From Heteronotia binoei (taxonomy: Eukaryota): DNA of 64,000 bases. Where the stretch lies: the NCBI RefSeq assembly GCF_032191835.1, contig NC_083237.1, positions 37,510,001 through 37,574,000 of the forward strand. The letters run 5' to 3'. The notes under the pieces were generated by a model. It was given only the letters and a program-made list of their open reading frames with translations. It ran no database searches and had not been told where the DNA came from. The position numbers and the translations under genes were made by a program. Positions 35,465 to 47,660 of the stretch are shown here, in pieces (the stretch's first letter is position 1; each line of letters begins with the position of its first letter).

Positions 35465-35620
35465 TGCCACCTTTGTCCACCCTCTGAATAATTTTATAAA
35501 CCTTTATCATGTTACCACACCTTAGTCATCTCTTTTCTAAATGGAAAAAGCCATAGACTCTTCAGTCTTTCTTCATAGGGAAGGTGCTCCAGCCCCCAAA
35601 TCATCTTGTTTACCCTCCTC
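35465..35620 (-). mobile_element. CR1 ORF2 3' fragment
   Basis: cttcatagggaaggtgctccagcccc...atcatcttgtttaccctcctct resembles CR1 at 27830-27880; the reverse strand reads MIKVYKII. Confidence 0.7.
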
Positions 35621-37148
35621 TTTACTGGGAGGTCTATAGGCCCCAACTGGAGGTTAGGAAACCTGACTGTACATTTACAATATTTATTTTACTTGCAAAT
35701 CTATACATTGAACCCAACTCATAGTTGGCAGATTATTGCAATTTATACCTGCCTTCGCTTCTCAGTTGGAATGGGTCACCTTCTTCAAGTTCTAGTACTG
35801 AAAATCTCCTAACAATGTACACATATTAAGGAAAATCAGCTTATTACTCCGAGTCATGAACAACCACAGCATTCAGTGGAGGAAGAAAGCCTACTTTTAA
35901 CATCCATTCCTGAACAACAGATATCAATATTGATGTCAGCTTTCCCAAATATCATTTTGGGAAAGTAGCAAAGTATATTGTTTGTAATGGTCCCATAAAA
36001 GCCCTGAAGGCTCAAAGAGAACCAGCAAATGCCCATAATTCAAAGGGATGTCTGATCTTACCAACAAGATCTGGAAAGGAGTGGATGAGCTAGTTTTTGT
36101 TGTTGTTTTTTTGTTAAAGTTACTTCAGCTGTCCAGGGGGAAAAAAAAGTTACTCCAGGTGCTCTGGCAGGAGAAACACTTTGTGAGCAGAATCTTTTTT
36201 TTTCTCTAGAGATAATTAGATCGCCTCAAGAAATTGCATTCTGCTAGTAGACTCTTTACAGCTCTGTTCAGGATCTAAAGAGTTCCTTTGAGTTGTATTC
36301 TAACAAAGAGAATATAAACCTCTTCCTGTGTTGTGAAAGGAAGGTATTTGTGTGAATCATTAAAGGAGAAAGGTAGACCTCAGATTCTCAATCTGCCTTC
36401 TTAACTACCCTCAATAACAGCAGCAGTACATAATCCAACCCAGTTACTGATTAAACCTAGTTTCATTTAGTTTCAGTTTCCAAGGTATATCACATCTATA
36501 TTAAACAGCTTGGTTGCTTTTTGAAGAGAGAGCACTGGAAACTTAAGACATTTTGTAAATTTTTGTTTATTTGCGATGTACAACACAAATAGAAGAAAAG
36601 AAGCAACATTCCTAGAGGGAAGCAGATCTGCCACCTCGCATTAAAGAAACTGATCCTGTATCCCAGGGTATCATACAGTTTCCAGTGGTTTCCATCTGCT
36701 TTTCTATTTCTCTCTTTCACAACCCCTTTGCCCACCAAAAAAACCACTACGCTGAGATCATGTGACCTGCCTGGACAAACTGTATGTTGGATGCGAGACA
36801 GAGTAAGAATGAGAATTGGGTGACATGGAGTGAAAAGTCTGGTGGGAGTCAACCTATACAGCTCCCTTCTTCCATCTGCTAGGAAGGGCGCACTGTCACA
36901 CTTCCACCAAGTACATTTGATTTCCTCAAAATGTCAGAGGAGGACTTCTAACTTGAGCTAAAAAGAAAGGTGGTGTATAAATATTTTAAAAAACTAACTT
37001 TCTCAGTGGAATGGTAGGATCCACCTCACTATGAAGACTCAACCATAAAGAATCAAATTAGCACTGTACATTGGATATCCACTGCCTATGCAATTTAATG
37101 TTAGTTGCATTGAGAAAACAGAAAGAAAATGAATAAACATACACTTAC

Positions 37149-38389
37149 TGTGTTACCGGAACTCCTCTTTTAGATGGGGAAATTAGCAAGAGGGAGACTC
37201 AGGTAGAGCAAATCAGGAGCTGAGATCTTATTCACCAATGGTACAGAGGTCCAGTTTCATAAAGAAAGACTCCAGATTGAATATATTTTATAATGTTTAC
37301 TAGACAATTATGTAAAAAGTTGCAATCACACACAGAGACAATACAATATATGCAATTAAGAGGCTATGAAAATAGAGCTGAGCTATAGGAGCTTTTAGGG
37401 TTTCTATCTGTCCAGATGTGCAGAGGTCCATTTAGAAAGTAAAGATGGAGACATGCACTACCATCGAGCCATGTCTGAGGGTCCCCTTTCTTAGAGTAAT
37501 GGGGGAACAATCTGTCTACATGTGCTCAGACTTAAACAGGAGGTACGGCTTGCTCTCATGTTTTATACGGTTTGGAGGGTTGAAGATCCTCCCAGAGCTC
37601 TGATTGCTCCTTAATAGGTAATGATGTGTCTTTCTTGGGTGTCTGAATGGATTTCCAGGTTGAAAACAATAGGTGAGACTGACTCAGTATGGGTCAGGCT
37701 GAGTCTTAATGGTTTAATCAATTTAGCTGAGATATCCTGAGGAGGAGTAAGCACAGAAAACAAAGGATTTGTCCAGGTGGCAGACATTACCATATAAATA
37801 AACAAAAGAGATGCTCAGTTGCAGGAAGAAGAAGAAGAAGATATTGGATTTATATCCCGCCCTCCACTCCAAATCTCAGAGTGGTCACAATCTCCTTTAC
37901 CTTCTTCCCCCACAACAGACACCCTGTGAGGTGGGTGGGGCTGAGAGGGCTCTCACAATAGCTGCCCTTTCAAGGACAAGCTCTGCCAGAGCTATGGCTA
38001 ACCCAATACCATTCCAGCAGGTGCAAGTGGAGGAGTGGGGAATCAAACCTCGTTCTTCCAGATAAGAGTCCGCACACTTAACCACTACACCAAACTGGTA
38101 AGGAGGCAGAGAGATGGCCAATTAATCAATTGGCCAAATAATTGCAACAGAAAAATACCTACCTGTTGAATCCTTAATGATTTCATCATTCCAATGGGAG
38201 GGGAAGAGAGCCGGACCAGGAGGAAGCCTATGTTGTAATCAGAGCCAGGCCCAAGCATGTTTCTCTGCTGTTTTCCAAAGAGAGTGTTTCTTTGGCCTGT
38301 TTCTGACAAGAATCATTTTTTCCCCTTAGCTTGGGGTCCCCTTGTTTAGTTGAGGTACCCCTATAGAGATAGTCAGCGTCTCCAGGCCA
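37149..38389 (-). mobile_element. Solo LTR inserted 18 nt downstream of the OR-B stop codon, itself interrupted by a SINE
   Basis: TG...CA ends; TTAC/CTAC flanks (4-bp target-site duplication with one mismatch); empty site cacttacagtagc in unit C at about 54724. Confidence 0.7.
37825..38099 (-). mobile_element. tRNA-derived SINE (Squam3-like)
   Basis: Reverse begins ccagtttggtgtagtggttaagtgtgcggactcttatctgg; gaagaagaag tail. Confidence 0.85.
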
Positions 38390-38407
38390 CTACAGTAGCA
38401 ATCTTGA

Positions 38408-39343
38408 TCATATAATTCTAGGAATGTACCTAAATCTTAAAACCCTTGACATTGCATTTTTTATCTCTTTGTTTCTTATACTGTAAATCACTGGATTCAA
38501 CATAGGTGGAACCAAGGAATAGATCACAGTAAAAATCAACTCCAGCCATGATGGGGTGTTAGAGACAGGCTTCAGGTAGGCAACACACCCAGTAAATATA
38601 AATGTGGAGCAGACAATGAGGTGAGGAAGGCAAGTGGACAAAGCTTTCTGTCTTCCCTTTGCGGAAGGCAGTCTTAACACTGTGGTGAAAATGTGAACAT
38701 AAGTTACAAGGATATAGACGAAACAGCCTAGCAGAAGGATAATTCCAATCACAACAGCAGCCATTTCAATTAGATTTATGTCTGAACAAGTCAATTTTAT
38801 TAGTTGTGGGATTTCACAAAAAAATTGATTGACAACATTAGAGCAGAAATGGGTTGCAAAAGTCCCAGTGGTGTGCATCCCTGAATATAGAAAACCAGCA
38901 ACCCATACACCAGTCAGCATTTCAATGCAGGCCTGCCTATTAATTACCATTTCATAACGTAATGGATTGCAAATAGCCACATACCGATCATATGCCATGA
39001 CTGTCAAGATGCAGAAATCAGATGTTATAAAGAACAGAAACAAAAAGAGTTGAGCAACACACCCTGAATATGAAATGTGCCTGGTATTCAGGAGGGAATT
39101 GGTCATGGATTTGGGGACAATGACTGAAACTTGGCCAAGATCCAGCACAGCCAAGTTCATCAGAAAGAAGTACATGGGGGTGTGCAGGTGATGGTCTAAG
39201 GCAACTGAAGAGATGATGAGGAGGTTCCCTGTGACAGTTACCAAGTACACCATCAGAAACACAGTGAAGTGTAGAAACTGCAGTTCCCGAACCTCTGAGA
39301 ATTCCAGGAGCAGAAAATCAGACATGGCAGTTCTGTTGAACAT
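38408..39343 (-). CDS. Olfactory receptor, family 14-like, intact, 311 aa (OR-B)
   Basis: All OR motifs present; paralogue of OR-A and OR-C. Confidence 0.96.
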   Translation of the reverse strand: MFNRTAMSDFLLLEFSEVRELQFLHFTVFLMVYLVTVTGNLLIISSVALDHHLHTPMYFFLMNLAVLDLGQVSVIVPKSMTNSLLNTRHISYSGCVAQLFLFLFFITSDFCILTVMAYDRYVAICNPLRYEMVINRQACIEMLTGVWVAGFLYSGMHTTGTFATHFCSNVVNQFFCEIPQLIKLTCSDINLIEMAAVVIGIILLLGCFVYILVTYVHIFTTVLRLPSAKGRQKALSTCLPHLIVCSTFIFTGCVAYLKPVSNTPSWLELIFTVIYSLVPPMLNPVIYSIRNKEIKNAMSRVLRFRYIPRII

Positions 39344-39828
39344 TTTTAATTACCATGTTATAGAATCCTTTAAAAAGGGGAATCACAAGGAAACAGCAAG
39401 AATTATAATCTCTTATAATAGTAAATTGAACTGTTGCAACAGAATTGGGTGACAATGACTACATTTTCAGTCTCCACACTTAGTTCCCACCGTCAGTGTG
39501 GGGGAAAACATTGCAGTTAAGTAACACTGAAGGCAAAAGTCGCACATACATTCATTTCATTTCATTTTATTTTCATTTTATTTGATTTATATCCCGCCCT
39601 ACCCCACCAAAGTGGGCCCAGAAATCCCTCTCCAGGTGCTCTTGATTGAGCTATAATTGCAGAATAATTGCTGGAGGAACCTCCTCTCCTTGGAAATAGT
39701 CTTATGTACTTTACCCCACTTTTCCCATTTGTGTGATCTGAATGAAGCATGCATAAGGTCTTTGATTGCTGTAACAGATGTGATTTAAAAGACTCAAATG
39801 CTTCAAGGCTTTAGGAAGGAAACTCATG

Positions 39829-40114
39829 GGGCTTTTTCGCACTCACCTTCAGCCGGCGCGACCCCCCTCTTCACCGCGCAGGATCTGCGCGGATTTCGCA
39901 CTAAACGCCGCGGAGCAGCCGGAAGAGCCGGAAACTCCCGGCGCTTTTGCGGCACAAACGGAAACCGCCAAAAAGCAGTTTCCGTTTGCGTGGCTTTTGC
40001 GCCGGGAGTTTCCGGCTCTTCCAGCTGCTCCGCGGCGTTTAGTGCGAAATCCGCGCAGATCCTGCGCGGTGAAGAGGGGGGTCGCACCGGCTGAAGGTGA
40101 GTGCGAAAACGCCC
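39829..40114. mobile_element. Palindromic PIF/Harbinger MITE
   Basis: Near-perfect hairpin, gggctttttcgcac...gtgcgaaaacgccc, flanked by 3-bp ATG duplication (39826-39828, 40115-40117). Confidence 0.8.
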
Positions 40115-40689
40115 ATGGGGTCCTGTGTTTGAGCTTGAGGCTTTAAGAGACTGAGTTCCTTTGGAGCATTAAATTAATAGAGTTGCCAACTCAGGGTAGG
40201 AAAATTCATGTAGATTTGGGGAGAGCAAGATTTGGATGGGGGGGGACATCAGTGTGGTATCTTATAATACAGTTCACACTCGATAGCAGCGATGAATTCC
40301 TGTGGAACAGATCTTTGTACTCTGGAAGCCAGGTGTAACTCTGGGTTATCTGATCCTACCAGGAAGTTGGGTATCTAACAGCACATTTACAATATTTATT
40401 TTATTTGCAAATCTACACAAATATATGTAATGACGTCTGGCCACTATTACAAGCATAGACAGCTTCAAGTGGGGATTGGATAAACATATGTAGCAGAGAG
40501 CCACAGGTGACTATTAGCCATAAGGAATAGATGAAACATGATGTCCAGGGCAACAGTGGGAGGATTTCTGGTGTTCTGCCCCTGCTGATAGACTTTCTAT
40601 GGCACCTGGGTTTTGGACACTGTGTGACACAGATTGCTGGACTGGCAGGGCCATTGGCCTCATCCAACATGGCTTCTCATTGAAAGTGT

Positions 40690-41170
40690 CCAACAACAAA
40701 TATACACAGTGGTGTATTGTCTCCCAATGATATCATCTCAGATTTTGTTCAGTTAATTAAATAACCAGGCAAAGACTAAAAGTATTAATCATATTCATTA
40801 ATACAGGAGTGGAAGACAGTTCCTTAAAAAATGATAAAAGATCACCTACGTGAAAATAATTTTAAATTCTAGACAGTTCTGTACAAAGCCATGAATGTTC
40901 TTATTTTGTCTGATAGCACACACCAAAGTTTCTAATTATAAATAAAAAATAAGGAGAAATAAGAGGAAGAAATGTACCAGAACTAGTACCCCTCTCAAGA
41001 TGGAATGGTGTGGGACACATGCTGTTAGTCAGGCCTCTAGACAAATAATGAATTCTCATCCACTTCAAAATTTTGTGAGGAAAGCCAAATTTAATCAACA
41101 TAACAAAGATAAATTCCAATATATTCTGTCAAAGTATCAGATAAAAAGATGGCAACTTGGTCAGTATTTT
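40690..41170 (-). mobile_element. Old L1 RT fragment that predates the OR-unit duplication
   Basis: KFGFPHKILKWMRI...PFHLERGT; paralogous pieces at 57540-57800 and 60780-60990. Confidence 0.7.
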
Positions 41171-43238
41171 GGGGATGGAACAAAACACAACACTAACATC
41201 CCACTCCTGAACAGTAGATATCAATCTTGACATCAGTTTTCCTGAAGTTCATTTCTGTGGCAAATTATTATCAGCTACACTGATTTGGGCCCATAAAAAC
41301 CCTGAAGGTCCAAACTCCCATGATTCAAAGAAATTTCTGGTCTTACCAACAGATCTTGAATGGAGTAGATATAGGTGGTTTCAAAATAAGAGTTTCTGCA
41401 GATGCTCTGGAAGGAGAAGCTGTTGTGGGGAGGAATCTGTTTCTCAAGAGATAATTTGACTGCACTAAGAACTGGATTCTAAAAAAACAGCCTAATTTCA
41501 GCTGATTCAGGCCACTTCTTTGCACTTGTATTCTGCAGGGGACAAGGTGGAGGAGCAGGAAGAATATTCAAATATTATTCTGTTTGTGTTCTCAGTTCTT
41601 GTGACCTGCGTAATTTGTTTTGCTAGTTCAGGGGAAACACCAAGAAGGGCAGATTCGAACCATTAAATAGAAGTCACTTTGATTGTGTGTGTGTGTGAGG
41701 AAGAAGTATGCCTTTTTGAAACAAAGAAACAAAATACTACATTTTTAAAAGGCTAGTATTTCCTTTAAGCGTTCTTTAACAAAGATAAATAAAGAACAAG
41801 TGTTGTCTACAGTGTCAGACTAGACCTTCCAATCTTCAATCAGTGTCAAGCTCCCTGCATATGGGTTACTCTGGGCAAGTCATTTTTGGCCTTGCCTTCT
41901 TCACAGCATTGTTATGAGGATAAAATGGAAAATGGGATAACCTTGTATGTAGATCTAGCCCTTTGGGAAAAAAGGAAGGATTGAAAAAATAACAAATAAA
42001 GGTTTGGCAAGTGGAGGACAGTGAATATTTTGGGCGGGTTTCTCTGCTAAACAGTCTTGAAAAGTGTTGTGGTTTGGGAGAATGAGATTAACTATTTGCA
42101 AATCTGTGATTTTTATGTAAATCAATGTGTTTCTCCTGGTTCTTTGCTCTTTTAACTTACAGTAGGGCCTGAAACTTGTTTACTCAGAAGTAAATAAATG
42201 GAGCAAGATTTACTTTTAACTACATATGCATAGCAATAAAGCCTGCAATTTTTTCTTCAAATATTTCCACTAACAAATTTAGTAAGTTGGATAGAGAGGA
42301 ATCAACTGCAGATAAAGTATCTTTCCAGTATAGACAAATGATCTCCCATTTATTCCTCTTTATTTTTAAAGATTATTAGAAATTAAATGCCTTTTAATTA
42401 TAAACTAGCATTAGTGATATAGAAGCCTTTGATCTGGTTTGCATATGGAAGAGATAAGTCAAGAGAAGTTTAAATTCCATCATCAATTAGAAGCAACCCA
42501 GAAGGCTTCATGATTGCAAAGAAAACCTAACAATGCCCATTACAGAAATTCTCACTCAGGAGTATTAAAATAGGGCTGCTAACTTAAAACAAAATGCTAC
42601 ATTGTGCTTCTCTTCCTAAGAGGCTAGGCCCATATTTCTAAATATGTACTCAGTGATAAATTCCACTGTGCTCAATGGGTCTTACTTTATAGTACATGTG
42701 TCTAAGACTGTCTTAATTGGACATTAGTCTGAAATTATTGTGGCTTTTTATTATTATTACTATTAACAAAATTATTGATTATTATTAGAAACAAATATGG
42801 CATACATCAAATGAACTTTCTTTCAGCACAGTCTCTGGTTTCTGTAGATCATTAGAACGCCCATACATCATTGAAACAGTTAAGCAGGAGTCTTTTTTAA
42901 TTAATTAATTTATTATTTATTACTTTAAATTTATATCCCACCCTCTCTGCAAGCGGACTCAGGGCAGCTAAAAATCAATTATGTAAAACAATTTAAAACC
43001 AATAAAATACATTTAAAACATTATCTGGTGCTATACATTTTGATATGGCGGGATCTTTCTTTTTCTGTTGATGATCCCATGATATTCATTTTTAAAATGA
43101 AAACAGTTTAAAGATCTGCATCAGGTTGTCCATACAGTGTTGCATAGTAGCAGAAAGTGTGGAATTGAATTTTTAAAAATTCTGTATTAAATCCTTGGTT
43201 AGCTTCAAAGTTTACTCATCTTGTCTCAGTTTAGATTA

Positions 43239-44015
43239 CGTATTTTTCGCACCATAAGGCGCTCCGGACCATAGGACACACCTTCCTCCTGGGGGGCGAT
43301 TCGCTGCCTCTGCCTCCGATCCCGGCGCTTTCTCCGCGCCTGCCTACCTGGCTCCAGCTTCTTCCAGCAAGCACTGGGATTGCTCCACGCTGCCCCCACC
43401 ACAAAACCAGTGCTTTGCGAGCGCCGGCTGCGGAGGGGGCAGCGTGCTTCCTCCATGCCTGTCTGCCTGGCTCCAGCTCTGACGCTTACAGCGAGAGGAT
43501 CGCTCCCTCTGCCCTCCGATCCCAGCGCTTGCTGTAAGCATCAGAGCTGGAGCCAGGTAGACAGGCACAGAGGAAGCACGCTGCCCTCTCCACAGCCAGT
43601 GCTTGCAAAGCGCTGGGTTTGCGGAGGGGGCGGGTGCTTCCTCTGTGCCTGTCTGCCTGGCTCCAGCTCTGATGCTTACAGCAAGCACCGGGATCGGAGG
43701 GCAGAGGGAGTGATCCTGGCGCTTGCTATAAGCGTCAGAGCTGGAGCCAGGCAGACAGGCATGGAGGAAGCACGCTGCCCCCTCCGCAGCTGGCGCTCGT
43801 GAAGCACTCGGTTTGCGGTGGGGGCAGTGAGGAGCAATCCCAGTGCTTGCTGGAAAAAGCTGGAGCCAGGCAGTCAGGCGCGGGGAAAGCGCCGGGATCA
43901 GAGGCGGTGGATCCCCCCCCCAGGAAGGTACCTTCGCTCCATAAGATGCACACACTTCCCCCCCCCACCACTTTTTTGGGAGGAAAAAGTGCGTCTTATG
44001 GTGCGAAAAATACGG
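43239..44015. mobile_element. Tc1/mariner (pogo/Tigger-like) MITE with internal GC-rich repeats
   Basis: TIR cgtatttttcgcaccataag...cttatggtgcgaaaaatacgg; TA flanks (43237-43238, 44016-44017); absent from units A and C. Confidence 0.85.
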
Positions 44016-44645
44016 TACCTTACAGGGCTGGTTTGTGGGTAAAAATTCTTCCCAACAGAGCACAAAGTAACATAAAACATTGTTATTTCCCTGTGCATTT
44101 TATTCTTAGAACAATAACCCTGTAAGGTCTCTTAGGCTGAATGAGTGGCCCAAGGTCAACCAGTGAGTTTCTGTAACAGAAAGAAAATTCAAATGTGAGA
44201 CTTCTAAATCTTAATACAACACTTTGTGATGCTAGTTCCCTTCCCTGACTACTTCATTTCACGGTAACAGCCAGGAAGAATAAAGCTCCTTCTGCACATG
44301 TGACTTGATCATGATCCAGAGCATAAACCATGTACATGAAAATTGATGACAACAGACAAGACAAATATGACTTTGAGAAAGGTTCCCAACCTGTGAGCTC
44401 TATTTCATGGGCATCTGCTCTAACATTCCCTATTCCCATTTTTGAATCTGTGAGCCTTTATTGTCATGCTACCAATATGAGAAACCTGGAACATTTAGAT
44501 TGATGTCAGTGTATTCTCATTAATCCCATTTCAGGGAAGTCTGCAAAACTGAGAAACAGTAGTTTGAGAGGAAAAGCACCAATACTAAAAGGATAAAGGG
44601 GGTGGGGAACCTGCTCAAGAGATCAATAGAGTAGACATAAATGTA

Positions 44646-44720
44646 ACTTACCATTTTTCTTCATGTTGTCTTCAATTCTTAGGTGTAGGTTTATTGCTGC
44701 TTCTCTAAAGTCACTCAGTT
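44646..44720 (-). promoter_or_regulatory. Predicted upstream exon and splice donor of OR-B
   Basis: ATG AAG AAA AAT G|GTAAGT (donor 44651-44646); homologous to 23555-23630. Confidence 0.55.
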
Positions 44721-45094
44721 TGCCCTGTTCTTTATACACTAACCATTAAGATGCTGACAGCACTGTAGAAAAAGGTATTCCCAAACTCTGCAGAATAGTC
44801 CAAGAGATTTGCTCCCAAGAGTATAGCACAAGAAAACTGAAGAAGTGCTACTCCCTCAAAAAATTTACTGTTCTTCTAGTGCAACTTTTTTTTTTCAGAT
44901 TGTCTAAAGAAACTCAAACAGATCATTTGAAGATTCTGGACCACTGTACATGCATGAGAACAGGGGTGCACCGGGTGTCAGATATGCCTACAATTGCCAC
45001 TTCCAGCTTATGCTCATGAGGTATTCCTATAGCCTACCACATAGAGGAGTTGTTATGCCTGTGATAGATGGAGATACTGGTTAAGTACACCCAG

Positions 45095-45365
45095 ACTGCA
45101 ATCACACATGCTAAATAATTTTTTTTTATTTTTTATTTATTTAGAATTTATATCCCGCCCTTCCCACAAGTGGCTCAGGGCGGCTTCCAGCATTAGATCC
45201 AACATAAATTAAACAATATTTAAACATGTAAGGGAATAACTTTAAAACAGATATAATCCACTTTCAATGCACTTTCCAACTGAATTTTAATGTGTGAGCT
45301 GGCAAAATCCAATTTGAAAGTGCATTGAAAGTGGTTTGAAACTGCATTATTTAGCATGTGTGATC
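45095..45365. mobile_element. Palindromic MITE (Harbinger-like) interrupted by an L2-like tail at about 45118-45255
   Basis: cacacatgctaaataat...attatttagcatgtgtg inverted ends; internal atccactttcaatgcacttt...aaagtgcattgaaagtgg. Confidence 0.55.
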
Positions 45366-45959
45366 AGAGCTACATTGCAGCTACGTGTAGGGTAAATGCA
45401 TGTACAGAAGAACAAGAACAAGACTGCTGGCCCTCATCCCTCTCATACATATAGAGAGTGACAGTGATGGCATGCATGCATATGTGACTGCAGCTACATT
45501 GCAACTATGTGTAAGGTAAATGCATGTACAGAGGAACAAGATCAAGACTACTAGCCCTGATCTCTCATACAGATAGTAACAGTGACTGCACGCATACAAG
45601 GTATATGCATGTTGTTTCTATATGCTCATGCAACCCTGTGGGGCAAGGCCAGTGGCCTCCATGTAGGGTTGGGCTCAGTATCCCCTGAGGTGGGTGAGCT
45701 GCCGAGGCCCAGGGCTTCTGGTGGGGCCCACTGTGGCCCTTCCCTGCCATATTGACTTGCAAGTTCAGCACTCCAGGAATTCATAAAGAAGTACTTTGCG
45801 TGGTTCAGAATTAGGAATAGGCATAAAGAGTGAAAATGACATTGCTACATAATTTATTTATATTTGTTTAATTATTAAAACCTTTATATCCCATATTTTT
45901 TTTGTTCAAGGCAGTTTAGAATCATAATTAAAACACCCCAACTAAAAAAGTAGTACATA

Positions 45960-47655
45960 TAATGTCTGCTATCTCTTAAAGGAAAAATCTCAAGTGTTTT
46001 ACAAGCTCAAGGAATATATAGTGATGCTGTCCAACAGATTTGGAATAAAGCTAGAGGTCCTATTCTCAGACAATGGGGGAAAATACATGTCCAATGGGCT
46101 CCCAGGCATCGTTCATCAAAGGACTGATCCCATATGTACAGGACAGAATGGTGCAGCTGAGAGGAAGAATCGCTACCTCCTGGATGCAGTAAAGTGCATG
46201 ATTAAAAGTTCACACCTACTATATACATTTTGGGGTGAAGCAGCCCTTACAGCAAACTACCCACAAAGGCAACAGGTGTTACACCATACTGTCAACTTCT
46301 GCACAGTCCTCATCAATGCACACCTCTCTGGATTTAGCAGAATAGATTTATTGCATGATAATAAACAGGTACAGTAAGCAAGACTCCTCCTGCTGAAACT
46401 GAGGCTCGTGGCCTCAGTCCCTCCAGATATAGGTTATACATTATACATTCAAACTGCCAAGTGCCAAAATTTACCAATTGCAGACTCCTCTCCTCCCCCC
46501 AAGAGCATCCCAAGCATTAACTGCAAGAAGAAATGAAAGTACATTCCTTGAGAGTAAGATAACACTGGATGACCTTGTTACCATTGTGTGTACTTTCTCA
46601 TGACAGAAATGAATACCTCGTAAGCCACAGTCATAACAGACAAAAATATGCATGAGCAGAATAATAAGCCAAGCTTGGACCCTTAGTATTTACAGCAATC
46701 ATATAACACTGATTATTGAACTAATGGCAAGAGGCAACCTTGACACATACCAAATTTGATTTGGCTAAAGGGAAAGGTTGTCCCCTGTGCAAGCACCAGT
46801 CATTTTCGACTCTGAGGTGATGTCACTTTCATGATGTTTTCATGACAGACTTTTACGGGGTGTTTTGCCATTGCCTACCCCAGTCATTTACACATGACGC
46901 CCAGTAAGCTGGGTACTCATTTTACCAACCTCGGAAGGATGGAAGGATGAGTCAACCTTGAGTCAGCTACCTGAACCCAGCTTCTGCAGGGATTGAACTC
47001 AGGTCATGAGAAGAACTTGGACTGCAAGGCTGCAGCTTACTACTCTGCATCATGGGGCTCCTTTGATCAATTGAACATTAAGAGTTTTTGGATGCAGAGC
47101 CTATGAACATGTCCCAAAAGAAAATAGGTACAAATTTGATGACAGAACAATGGTTGGCATATTTATAGGTTATGCTACCAGCTGCAAAGGTTACAAAATC
47201 CTGAATCCTCAAACTAAAGTAGTAATCATGAGCAGATCAGTTCATTTAAAGAATGCAAAACCTCCAGGCTCAGAGGGGGCAAACCCAGATTACGCTGAGA
47301 AGCAGCTTCAATACTCTGACATTTTTAAAATCCCAGACATCAGAGAAGAGAGAGAAACAGTAAATCCAGATATAGTTCTGACAGATGAAGCTGCCCAACA
47401 AGCAATGCCTGAACCAGAGGGGTAAATAGGAGACCAAATATGTGAACAGTGCCTGAAGAACAGAGGGAACCCACAGAGGTAACACAACCAGTGCTGAGAT
47501 GATCAGAATGCTCAAATAAAGGTATTCCAGCTCCAAAGTTAAATGTAATGGTCAAGGCAGAAGAAGAACTAGAGGCCAGATTTGGGACAGACATCTCTAA
47601 CCTGCCACCTGCTGAAGCAGAACAGTAGGAAAAGACTGCAAGAACAGAGCTAAAA
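45960..47655 (+). mobile_element. Ty1/Copia pol (integrase) fragments, interrupted
   Basis: LFSDNGGKY, QNGAAERKNRYL, FWGEAALTANY (45994-46260); GIFIGYA...KGYKILNP (47150 onward); RSECSNKGIP. Confidence 0.85.
46768..47058 (-). mobile_element. Sauria SINE
   Basis: Reverse complement of the 18200-18500 SINE. Confidence 0.85.
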
Positions 47656-47660
47656 GCCAT

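Noticed and set aside
39798-40146. Near-identical ORFs on both strands
   Set aside because: A consequence of the palindromic MITE.
43226-44125. ORFs up to 239 aa; possible CRISPR-like repeat array
   Set aside because: Internal repeats of a TA-flanked MITE, with no unique spacers and no cas genes.
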